From an uncultured delta proteobacterium (GTDB lineage: Bacteria > Myxococcota_A > Polyangia > Fen-1088), in NCBI GenBank assembly GCA_963782545.1, contig CAWAKD010000007.1, positions 1,497,310 through 1,561,309 of the forward strand: 64,000 nucleotides of DNA, written 5' to 3'. This document shows, piece after piece, positions 55,963 to 64,000 of this stretch (its first letter is position 1; each line of letters begins with the position of its first letter). The position numbers and the translations under genes were made by a program. The notes under the pieces were generated by a model. It was not told the origin of the DNA. It made no database searches and worked only from the letters and a program-made list of their open reading frames with translations.

Positions 55963-58132
55963 CACCGCCGTTTGGTGACGAGGATGCCGTTGTTGCCGAA
56001 GGCCCAGATGCGCGAGCCGGCGCCCGCCATGCCGTTGAGCTGGAAGGGCGGGCGGTCGCCCACGCCACTGTCCTGCGCGGTCCAGGTGCTCCCGTTCCAG
56101 TACCAGAATCTGGCCGCTCCACACGGCGACGTAGACCTCGTTCGGGCCGGCCACCCAGATGCCGTACAGATCGTCGGTGGTCGGGCGGGTCACCGCCGAC
56201 CAGCCGAGGCCGTTCCAGCGCACCACCGTACCTCCGTCGCCCGCGGCCCACACGTTGTTGCTGGCGCTGCCCGACAGGGCGCGCAGCTCGTTGGAATCCG
56301 CTGCCGGTGTCCACCCGCGTCCACTTCGCGCCGTCCCAGTGTTGCGCGCCGGCGCCGACCGCCCAGACGTCGCTGGGGCCGCTGCCCCAGATCGAGAGCA
56401 CGACGCCGCCGGTGGCCGAGGCTACCGAGTCGAAGCTGGTGCCATTGAAGTGGCGGAAGAACGAGCTGTCGAAGCCGACCCAGACGTCGGTCCGGCCCGC
56501 CGCCCAAATCGCAGCCGTCGACAGGTAGCCGGTGTTGACCAAGACCGTGGTCCAGGCGGTGCCATCGAAGTGGAGCACGGAGGTGCCCGCGACCCACACG
56601 TCGTCGTCCGCCGTGCCCGTCACCGAGGACAGGAAGGTGGCCGGCGTCTGCTTGGCCGACCAATGGCTGCCGTCCCAGTGCAGGACGCGCCCCGCGGAAT
56701 CGACGGCGAAGGCATCGTTGTCGCTGCGGGCCCACATCCCCATGAGGGTGTCGTCGGTGACGCTCAGCCGGGGTGACCACGAGGCACCGTCGAAGTGCTG
56801 AAGCGAACCGTGGCCCACCGCCCAGATGTCGTTGGCGGCGCTTCCGTGCAGCTTGAACGGCGTGCTCTTCGCATCGACGTCGTTCCACTGGTTCCCGTCG
56901 TAGTGGAGCAGGTGAACCAGCGCCTGGCCCATCGAGGGCGAGTAGGACACCGTGGCCCAGACATCGCTCGCCGACGAGCCCCAGAGGTCGTTCGTGAGCC
57001 ACTGGGTGGGGAAGGTGGTCGTGGCCAGCGACTGGCCGTTCCAGTGGTACATCTCGCCGTGGTTGCCGCCGATCCACACGTCGCTCGGGGACGCGCCCCA
57101 GACCGCGTAGGTCTCGTAGGCGCCGTCGACCGCGGTCCACTGCTGGCCGTCCCAATGGCGCAGGTAGCCCGACGACCCGACGGCCCAGGCATCGCTGGGT
57201 GAGAACGAGAACATCCGCCACGGGGATGCATAGTTGGCCTGCGACGGAACGATCGACCAGCCGGCGGCGGTGCGGTGGCCGATGCTGTCGTCGGTGGTCG
57301 CCGCCCAGAGATCCTCGGAGCTGGTGCCGGCCAGGGTCGCGATCCAGCCTGAGAAGCCCGGATCGACGACGGTCCAGCCGGTCCCATCGAAGTGCGACAG
57401 ACCGGCCTCGCCGCCGATCCAGACGTCGTCGCGCGCGAAGGCACGCACGCAGGAAAGGTATTTGCTGACGCCGGCGTCGATGCGTTGCCATCCGGCACCG
57501 TCGAAGTGAAGCACGATGCCCGACTGCCCGACTGCCCAGTAGTCGTCGCTGGCCGTGCCGTCGATGCCGTCGATGGCCAGCCCATCGGGCAAGGGGTTGG
57601 CCCAGCACCAGCCGTCGCTGGTGCAGATTTCCGCCAGGCTCGGCGCGCCCCCGCCGTCGAGGGCAGGGCGATCGGCAGCGCCGCCGTCGAGGCCGGCGGC
57701 GTCGAGCGCCAGATCCTTCACGGCGTCGGCGAAGAAGGCGGTGTCGGCGCCCGCTTGGTCGAGGCTGGAATCGGGCAGGCTTGGACCACGATCGGCGGGA
57801 CCATCGGTGGCGCCGGCGTCCGGGCGAGCCTCCGCGGCGTCTGCCGATCGGATCGGGTCCGAAGCCTGGTCCGAGCCGACCTCGGTGAGCGGCGCCTGAT
57901 CCGCGGCGCCGGCTGCCGTGTCGGGCGCGACGTCGCCCACCTGCGCCTGGTCGGTGGGGGCCGCGCCGTCGCGGCCGGACTCCGGACCGGGCTCGCTCGA
58001 TCCTTGGGCATCGCGGCCGGCTTCGGCGGCGGCGTCGCGAGCGTTTCCGGAGCCGGTGCTGCTACACGACGGCGGAATCAGCAGGGCCGTCAAGGCCAAT
58101 AGGAGGACGGGTTGGACGCGTTTAGGGTTCAT
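55963..58132 (-). pseudogene. Beta-propeller-repeat lipoprotein (paralog of 58129..60408) disrupted by two successive 1-nt frameshifts near its 3' end
   Basis: The lipobox is LLIPPSC. An acidic linker precedes about 13 repeats of hW..G..G.ilH.dG..W…d.W.vG. After …WTRVDTGS the repeats continue in the +1 frame (NELRALSGSASNNVWAAG…, ORF 55951..56253), then in the +2 frame (FWYWNGSTWTAQDSG…ILVTKRR*), ending at 55963. Confidence 0.5.
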
Positions 58133-60408
58133 GGGCGATGCTTGAGGAAGATGGCGGTTTGGTCGGAGAAGAGCTGGACATCATTGCTGCCGGTGAAGGC
58201 GATGGCGCGCAGCTCGATGGCGGTGTCCGCGGACTCGGCTTTCCACGTGCTGCCGTCGAAGTGGACGATGGCGCCGTTGGCCCCGGTCGCGTAGATGTCG
58301 CTGGCGCTCTTGCCGGCGATGGCACGCAGGTCCTGGTCGGTGGGGCTCGGGACCTGGCTGAACGCGCTGCCGTTCCAGTGCTGGATCGAGCCCGCATAGC
58401 CCACCAGCCAGGCGTCGTTGGCGCTTGCGCCCCACATGGCCAGGCCGGTGCCGCCGGCTTCCGTTGGCACCTTGACCCACGCGCTGCCGTTCCAGTGCGC
58501 GGCCAGCCCGCCCAAGGCCCACACGTCGCCGGGGGCGGGGCTCCACAGCGCCCAAATCGAGCTCGTCCCGGATGGCGTATGGGTGATCTGCCACGCGGCG
58601 CCGTCGAAGTGGGCGATGGCCACCTGGTCCGCGACGTTCGGGTCGTCGACGGCGACCCACACGTCGTCCGGCGCTGAGGCCCAGATCGCGGCCATGAAGG
58701 CATTACCGCCGCCGACGGGCGGACTGGGAGAGAACGCCTGGAAGCCCTGGCCCGACGAGTGCAGCAGGGTGCGATTAGCGCCCCCGGCCCACAGGTCGCC
58801 CGGGCCGCTGCCATGGATGGCCAGCAGGTCGACGCTCGTGCTGCTCGGGACCTGCGCCCAGGTCGTGCCGTTGAAGTGCAAAATGGTGCCGCGCGAGCCC
58901 ACCGCCCAGGCGTCGTTCGGCCCGGGCACAAAGGCACCGTAGAAGAACACTTCGTCCACGACGGTCGAGGACGCGCGCGACCAGCTGCTGCCGTCCCAGT
59001 GCATGAGGGCGCCGCCGCTGCCCGCGGCCCACACGCTGCCGGCGTCGCGGCCACCCAAGGCGTTGAAGACACCGGCGATCCCGGTCAGGGTGGGGGTAAG
59101 CCCGCTTGCGCCGAGGCGCCAAACCGTCGAGGCCGTGCCGAGGTCCTGGTGCCCCACGGCCCAGCCGTCGCCGCCGGGCGAGCACCAGATGCCGTCGATC
59201 GGATCGGAGATGTATCCCGTGCTTCCTTGCCAGCGTGTCCCGTCGAAGTGGTCGACCATGCCGGTGCCGATGCTGGTGGCCCCCACCGCCCACACGCTCG
59301 TCGCCGAGGTTCCGCACACCGCCATGAGGTTGCCTGCCGACGGGGTCGAGACCACGCTCGACCAGGACGAACCGTCGAAGTGAAGGATGCGCTCCTGCCC
59401 GCCCACCGCCCACACGTCCGTGGGCGAGCTTCCCCAGACCGAGGTCAGCGTGTCGGTCACGCCCGCGGGCCCCGGCGCGACCGACCACGTGGTTCCCGAC
59501 AGGTGAACGATGGTTCCGGCCCAGCCGACCGCCCACGCGTTGCCCGGGCCGCTGCCCCAGATGGCAGCGAGCGACTGCGTGGTCGGCGACGAGACCTTTG
59601 CCCAGGCGGCGCCGTCGAAATGCAGGATGGTCCCCGCCGAGCCGACGACCCAGATGTCGTCGTCGGCGCTGCCCCAGATTCCGGACAGCACCAGGGCGTC
59701 GCTTCCGCTCGCCGCGCGCGACCACTGGCCGCCCTGGTAGCGCAGGATGGTGCCGTACATTCCGACCACCCACACGTCGCCGCTCGGCGCGGTCCAAACC
59801 GCCGATAGCGCATGCCCCTGCGGCGTCGGGTTCTCCCAGCACCAGTGGTCGGCGCTGCAGATCGCGGACGCCTGCGGACCCGGTCCATCCGGCGCTTGCC
59901 CGTCGGCGCCCGCCTCGGGCGCGAGCGCGAGGTCTTGCGGGCGATCGGGCGGAGGCCCATCGGTGGGGCGATCGATCAATAGGTCGGGCGATAGGTCGCC
60001 GGCACCGCGGCTGTCAGCCGGCGCATCGGGGGTTCGCGTGTCAGCGTCGCCGGTCGCTGTCGAGGTGTCGTTCGAGCCATCGGGCGATGCATCGGCGAGC
60101 GGCGGGGAAACGTCGGCGTCGTCGGTGCTGCGCTGGTCGGCGGCGTCACCGGCGGCTGGCAGCAGATCCGTCGCGTCCCCGGGTGCGCCATCCGTCTGCT
60201 TCGGCGGCGCATCGCTGGCTGTCGGGGCAGCGTCGCCGGTGTCGTTTCGAGCGGATGAGTCGGGCACGGGATCGCCCGTGCGATCCAGGATCAGGTCATC
60301 GGCCCTGCGCGCATCCGAGCCCCCAGAGCTCCCGCTACTACATCCCACCAGCGCGGCGGTACACGCCCCAAGGCAGCCGACACGCAACATCGCTCTGACG
60401 AATGACAT
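58129..60408 (-). CDS. Beta-propeller-repeat lipoprotein (tandem paralog)
   Basis: The signal peptide is MSFVRAMLRVGCLGACTAALVGC. A D/P/A-rich linker precedes more than 12 repeats (GTILHFDGAAWAKV…AIWGSGPGNAWAVG). The stop overlaps the downstream gene start (ATGA). Confidence 0.65.
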   Translation of the reverse strand: MSFVRAMLRVGCLGACTAALVGCSSGSSGGSDARRADDLILDRTGDPVPDSSARNDTGDAAPTASDAPPKQTDGAPGDATDLLPAAGDAADQRSTDDADVSPPLADASPDGSNDTSTATGDADTRTPDAPADSRGAGDLSPDLLIDRPTDGPPPDRPQDLALAPEAGADGQAPDGPGPQASAICSADHWCWENPTPQGHALSAVWTAPSGDVWVVGMYGTILRYQGGQWSRAASGSDALVLSGIWGSADDDIWVVGSAGTILHFDGAAWAKVSSPTTQSLAAIWGSGPGNAWAVGWAGTIVHLSGTTWSVAPGPAGVTDTLTSVWGSSPTDVWAVGGQERILHFDGSSWSSVVSTPSAGNLMAVCGTSATSVWAVGATSIGTGMVDHFDGTRWQGSTGYISDPIDGIWCSPGGDGWAVGHQDLGTASTVWRLGASGLTPTLTGIAGVFNALGGRDAGSVWAAGSGGALMHWDGSSWSRASSTVVDEVFFYGAFVPGPNDAWAVGSRGTILHFNGTTWAQVPSSTSVDLLAIHGSGPGDLWAGGANRTLLHSSGQGFQAFSPSPPVGGGNAFMAAIWASAPDDVWVAVDDPNVADQVAIAHFDGAAWQITHTPSGTSSIWALWSPAPGDVWALGGLAAHWNGSAWVKVPTEAGGTGLAMWGASANDAWLVGYAGSIQHWNGSAFSQVPSPTDQDLRAIAGKSASDIYATGANGAIVHFDGSTWKAESADTAIELRAIAFTGSNDVQLFSDQTAIFLKHRP

Positions 60409-60796
60409 GGTTACGCGGCATTGTATCAACCGAAGGACGACGCCGGGAAGTCGTGTTGATGGGTTCGTGCCGCCGACGGCTAGCGCCCGACCGACTCGGG
60501 CTGCGCTCCGCCGTGATCGCCGTCACCCAGCACGTGATCGACCGAGATCTGGCCGTGCGGTTTTGCCGGCCCTCTGGAGGCCGGAAACCTCCGCTGGATC
60601 GAAGATCCAAATCCCAGCGACGAGCCTCGGATGCAGGACCTTCCCCTCCATCCGCCTGACCGCGGAGACCGACACGCGAACTGTTGGGTGGCAGTCTCAG
60701 ACCTGGGCGGCACGTTCGCTGTGCAGAACGCTCGACAGCATGGCCACGCCCTGCTCGGTGAACGCGTAGGGCGGTGTCCGGCGACCGCCCCAACTT

Positions 60797-60827
60797 GAGA
60801 TCACAGTTTGTGATCTCAAGTTTGCCG
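60797..60827. repeat. Perfect 14-bp inverted repeat (AACTTGAGATCACA-GTT-TGTGATCTCAAGTT), a candidate operator or hairpin
   Basis: It was read directly from the sequence. It is AT-rich relative to the genome and lies in an intergenic region 370 bp upstream of the beta-propeller gene start. Confidence 0.35.
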
Positions 60828-61378
60828 CCTCGTCGGGCGAGAGCTGGAACATGAAATCGTGTATGCCAGATTGCTTTTGGCGTCGGCGGGGCAGGCTACG
60901 CCCAGTAGCCGGGCGCCGCTTCTCGCGCAGGCCGGCCTAAGCGGTCAGGTCTCGGGGAAGAGCTCTTGCTGGCGTGTCGGTGAAAGGCGGGTCACTTTGC
61001 GGTGGTAGGGCGGCCCACGCGCTGGCGCAATGTCTTCCGGTTGTCCTTCGTCAGGTCGTCATCCGCGCCGCCATTTCCCGACGGTGGCGACGATTGAAGA
61101 TCAACCTCCGCCACACGTCGGGTCGGCCCCGCATCTGCACGGCAGACCGGGCCTTCTGGCTCGTTCTGTCGCGCCTGCCCATTGATCTGCTGGCCCATGC
61201 GCCTGCAGCCTCATCGGCTAGCATTGCCACCATGCCGCGAAACGAGGATGCGGACGCATGGTTTGTACGATACGACTACCCGATGAAGGAAGTTGTGCTT
61301 GGTAAGATGCCGATCCAGAGGCGGCGGACCCCGGGCCCACGGTCTGTTGGGGCCCGACAGCTGCGTGGGTTGTAGACC

Positions 61379-61819
61379 ATGGCCGTCGACGTGCTCACGG
61401 AGATCGTGATCGATCGTCCTCGCGATCGCGTGGCGCTCTACGCAGGTAATCCTTCAAACGCACCGGAATGGTACGTCAACATCAAGTCCGTCGAATGGAA
61501 GACTCCGTTGCCGCTCGCGCTCGGCTCGCGGCTCGCCTTTGTTGCACGCTTCCTCGGGAAGCGGCTCGAGTATACGTACGAGATCGTCGAGCTTGTTCCT
61601 GGGGCTCGACAGGTCATGCGCACCGCCGACGGACCTTTCCCAATGGAGACCACCTATACCTGGCAGGCCGAGGGCGAGGACAAGACCCGGATGACGCTTC
61701 GGAATCGCGGCGAGCCGAGCGGGTTCTCGAAGCTCGTCGGGCCAATCATGGCCGCCGCCATGCGCAGAGCGAACCGAAAGGATCTCGCTCGCCTCAAAGC
61801 GCTGCTTGAGCGGTCCTGA
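61379..61819 (+). CDS. SRPBCC (START/Bet v1/polyketide-cyclase-like) family protein
   Basis: The 146-aa length and the pattern DRPRDRVALYAGNPSNAPEWYVNIKSVEW…TYTWQAEGEDKTRMTL are typical of SRPBCC ligand-binding proteins. Confidence 0.55.
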   Translation: MAVDVLTEIVIDRPRDRVALYAGNPSNAPEWYVNIKSVEWKTPLPLALGSRLAFVARFLGKRLEYTYEIVELVPGARQVMRTADGPFPMETTYTWQAEGEDKTRMTLRNRGEPSGFSKLVGPIMAAAMRRANRKDLARLKALLERS

Positions 61820-61994
61820 CGGCCCAGCTAGGCTTTGGTCGTGGCCTGGGGCAAAGTTCCTCCCGAAAATCATCCCAGGGTATTGGCGCACCGAGATGAC
61901 ACAGGGTAATCGAACGCAGGACGCTTTACAGCCTGCGTGGTGTGCCGACGAATCTTCGTCGGCCGTCTTGGAAGCGTGTAGTCATCGATTGGCA

Positions 61995-62519
61995 CTATTT
62001 CGGCGGACAGGCACTTTCGAAGGAGAACACGCGCCACCCAGTTGGATGGCCAGGACGCTCGATCACGGTTGCGGCCTTGCCTGTGAACCTTTCTATGACA
62101 CGCGACCAAAACGGAACCGCACCCGAATTTCCTTCGAAAACGCGGACAATCCACCTGCCCGGTAAACGGTTCCAGAGCCGCTCGGCCGCTTGCCGTCCCA
62201 CGCCTGCACGGCGGTAGCGGCGAAGGACAAAGAACTCGGCGACATCGAAGACATCCGGGTCGTCCGTCGCCGGTGAACCGCGCGTGACCAAAGCGAATCC
62301 TGCGATTCGGTCGTCGCAGCGGATGAGAAATGCGAACCGACGCTCTGGCTGCGACCAGTAGAGCGCGAGGGGAAGGTAGCCGAATCGACCGTCGGCCCCG
62401 AGTTCGACGTCGGGAAACGTCGCGCTGAGGTCGTGGATGTACAATTCGAGAAGATTGGATAACAGTTCGGCGTCCGCCGAGGTTGCCGAATTGAGGACGA
62501 CTTGATGTGGCTCCGCCAT
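61995..62519 (-). CDS. GNAT-family N-acetyltransferase
   Basis: The start is the ATG at 62519 (MAEPHQVVLNS…). The GNAT core is IAGFALVTRG…FDVAEFFVLRRYRRAGVGRQAAERLW. The upstream part of the long ORF was rejected. Confidence 0.55.
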   Translation of the reverse strand: MAEPHQVVLNSATSADAELLSNLLELYIHDLSATFPDVELGADGRFGYLPLALYWSQPERRFAFLIRCDDRIAGFALVTRGSPATDDPDVFDVAEFFVLRRYRRAGVGRQAAERLWNRLPGRWIVRVFEGNSGAVPFWSRVIERFTGKAATVIERPGHPTGWRVFSFESACPPK

Positions 62520-63026
62520 GCCCAAGGTTATGGGTCTCGTCTGCGGTAGGCAACCGTCGCAAGCCCCAAGGCGAGGGAGTGAAAGGCTCAGCCCCAGAAT
62601 GTCCAGGCTGGCCGAGAGGCGGAGCACGGCGTACCCGTGGAATGCCCAGTTGGCTAGAGAAACTGGGTCCCCTTTGCCGCTCATGCCCACGGTTGCCCGC
62701 ACACTGGGGGCCAGGTATCTTCGGCGGTTAAAAATCCTGGGGCTAAAATTCAAGCCAGGTTTTCCCCAGCTTGAACCCCGGTGACGCGAACGTCCCCATC
62801 ATTAGAAGATCAGGTACTCCCACACCGCAAGCCGCCCGCGCACTCGGCGTCATCGACGCCGCCGCTCAGGCTGCGACATCCGCACCATCCAGGAGCTTCC
62901 GGGGCACCGTGCCGTAAGCACCACCTTGATCTATTGTGCAACGGAAGCTATTATGCGGAGTACGGCCGGAATCGTCAGCCATTCCGATACAATCCCGGCG
63001 TCCGACTCCGCATCACCGCGGGCCTG

Positions 63027-64000
63027 CTACAAGGAGCGGAGCCACTCCATCAGCCCGGCGTTGGCCTTCCACGAAGGGATGCTCGGTCGGGCCGGACTGG
63101 CTTCACCGGCTTTCTCGAGGGCGACACGGGTCATCTCCAAATCAGCCCTCGCGTAGATGGAGCTGGTCCGGACGTCAGCGTGGCCCAGCACGGCCTGGAT
63201 GACCACCATCGGGTTGCCTGCCTGCAAGAGGTGCATCGCCTTGCTGTGCCGGAGCTTGTGGGGATGCACTGATGGAATGCCTGGGCGCCGCTGTCGCGCC
63301 TGGGCCGCGTGCTGGTTCAAGATGTACCGCACACCCGACCGGGTCAGCCGCTCCCGCCGGCGATTCCAGAACAGCGGGTACTCGGCACGCTCTGGGCGCT
63401 GCAGGTCATGTTCACACAGGTACTCGCGCAGGAGAGCGACAGTGCTCTCCATCAGTGGGACGACCCGGGTCTTCCTGCCCTTGCCCGTCAGGTGGACCTG
63501 TGCCGGGACGTTGAGCCTGACGTCGCGGACGGACAGGTCGACGAGCTCTTGCACACGAGCTCCGGTGTCGTACAGGACGCAGAGGAGCACAGCATCCCGT
63601 CGACCGGACGGTGTGGCCAGGTCCGGGGCGGCGAGGAGCGCCTCCAGGTCGTCGCAACCAAGGTAGGCAACCGGCCGCTGCGGCGCCCGCTGCCTCGGAA
63701 TGGCCAGGATCTGCTGGCACTGAAACACCAGCTCGGGATCCTCGGACTGCACGAAACGGAAGAACGAGTGGATCGCGGAAAGCCGATGGTTGCGCGTCCG
63801 GGCGCTGTGGCGTGGGCGTTGCGCGAGGTCCGCCAGGAAACCCCGAATGAGGTCAGGTGTCAGTGCTCGCACCGTGAGCCGGTCTGGTGGGGTGTCGTGG
63901 TGATCGCGGCAGTAGCGGAGCAGAAGCTTGAAGGCGTCTCGGTAGCCTTTGATGGTGTTGGGGCTGGCGTTTCGCTCGCCAGCGAGGTGATCGGTGAAGA
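63027..64000 (-). CDS. Tyrosine recombinase/phage-type integrase, 5' end outside the window
   Basis: The catalytic motifs are HKLRHSKAMHLLQAG and LGHADVRTSSIYAR (R…H-x-x-R…Y). Upstream of the ORF track GTG, the frame stays open to the window edge with an N-terminal SAM-like domain (FTDHLAGERNASPNTIKGYRDAFKLLLRY). Confidence 0.8.
   Translation of the reverse strand, partial: FTDHLAGERNASPNTIKGYRDAFKLLLRYCRDHHDTPPDRLTVRALTPDLIRGFLADLAQRPRHSARTRNHRLSAIHSFFRFVQSEDPELVFQCQQILAIPRQRAPQRPVAYLGCDDLEALLAAPDLATPSGRRDAVLLCVLYDTGARVQELVDLSVRDVRLNVPAQVHLTGKGRKTRVVPLMESTVALLREYLCEHDLQRPERAEYPLFWNRRRERLTRSGVRYILNQHAAQARQRRPGIPSVHPHKLRHSKAMHLLQAGNPMVVIQAVLGHADVRTSSIYARADLEMTRVALEKAGEASPARPSIPSWKANAGLMEWLRSL

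Noticed and set aside
56760-58201. Apparent extra frameshifts in ORFs between 56.76 and 58.2 kb
   Set aside because: They come from a 1-nt disagreement between the printed sequence and the ORF track, with a base missing at the 56760/56761 junction and an extra g at 58200/58201. The ORF-track frames are self-consistent, so this is not a biological signal.
60974-61375. 133-aa plus-strand ORF
   Set aside because: It has no recognisable motifs or RBS. It is Arg-rich and overlaps minus-strand ORFs of similar quality, so it is likely non-coding.
62520-63030. Possible tRNA or att site beside the integrase
   Set aside because: No T-loop (GTTCGAATC/GGTTCAAAT-like) or cloverleaf could be recognised by eye. 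Only short hairpins were seen, which are recorded in the findings.
1-64000. CRISPR arrays, rRNA, IS elements with terminal inverted repeats
   Set aside because: No regularly spaced direct repeats with unique spacers were found, and there is no rRNA-like conserved sequence or transposase ORF. The only tandem repeats are in-frame coding repeats.

Overview
This is a high-GC chromosomal segment from a myxobacterium. A MYXO-CTERM sorting signal and many lipobox lipoproteins with Gly/Ser/Thr linkers support that assignment. All calls rest on reading the sequence and recalled family motifs only, since no searches could be run. No rRNA, tRNA or CRISPR array was recognised. Gene order: (i) 1-6.0 kb is a small biosynthetic cluster: a GHMP-kinase 3' fragment, then a minus-strand operon of deacetylase-like, ATP-grasp and HAD/GT2 genes, divergent from a B12-binding radical-SAM gene with an odd repeat-bearing lipoprotein-like tail. 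(ii) 6.2-36.4 kb is a large pectin and hexuronate utilisation locus. It holds a GH12-like protein, PL3 and PL9-like pectate lyases, two CE8 pectinesterases, two GH28 polygalacturonases and GH105. An ECF sigma/FecR anti-sigma pair is translationally coupled to PME-GH28-PME. Two paralogous outer-membrane beta-barrel proteins follow, then uxaC divergent from a uxaE-like/SDR/LarA-like/kdgK/exuT operon. (iii) 36.6-39.7 kb encodes a 1013-aa lipoprotein with 11 eight-Cys repeats and a 23-Pro tail. (iv) A GH43 arabinanase follows. (v) 41.5-52.7 kb is an orphan type VI secretion vgrG island. It carries VgrG, a KAS-like pseudoenzyme, an AHH-type nuclease toxin with a candidate immunity gene, and a divergent operon of DUF2345-like mini-protein, HEAT-like protein, DUF2169, methyltransferase/TPR and a DUF4150 PAAR-like protein. 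(vi) A secreted CHAP peptidase with MYXO-CTERM is next. (vii) Tandem beta-propeller-repeat lipoproteins follow, one disrupted by two frameshifts. (viii) A GNAT gene, an SRPBCC gene and a 5'-truncated tyrosine integrase sit at the right edge. The ORF track and the printed sequence disagree by 1 nt between about 56.76 and 58.20 kb. A base appears dropped at the 56760/56761 line junction and an extra g added at 58200/58201. Coordinates in that interval follow the ORF track and may be off by 1 nt.
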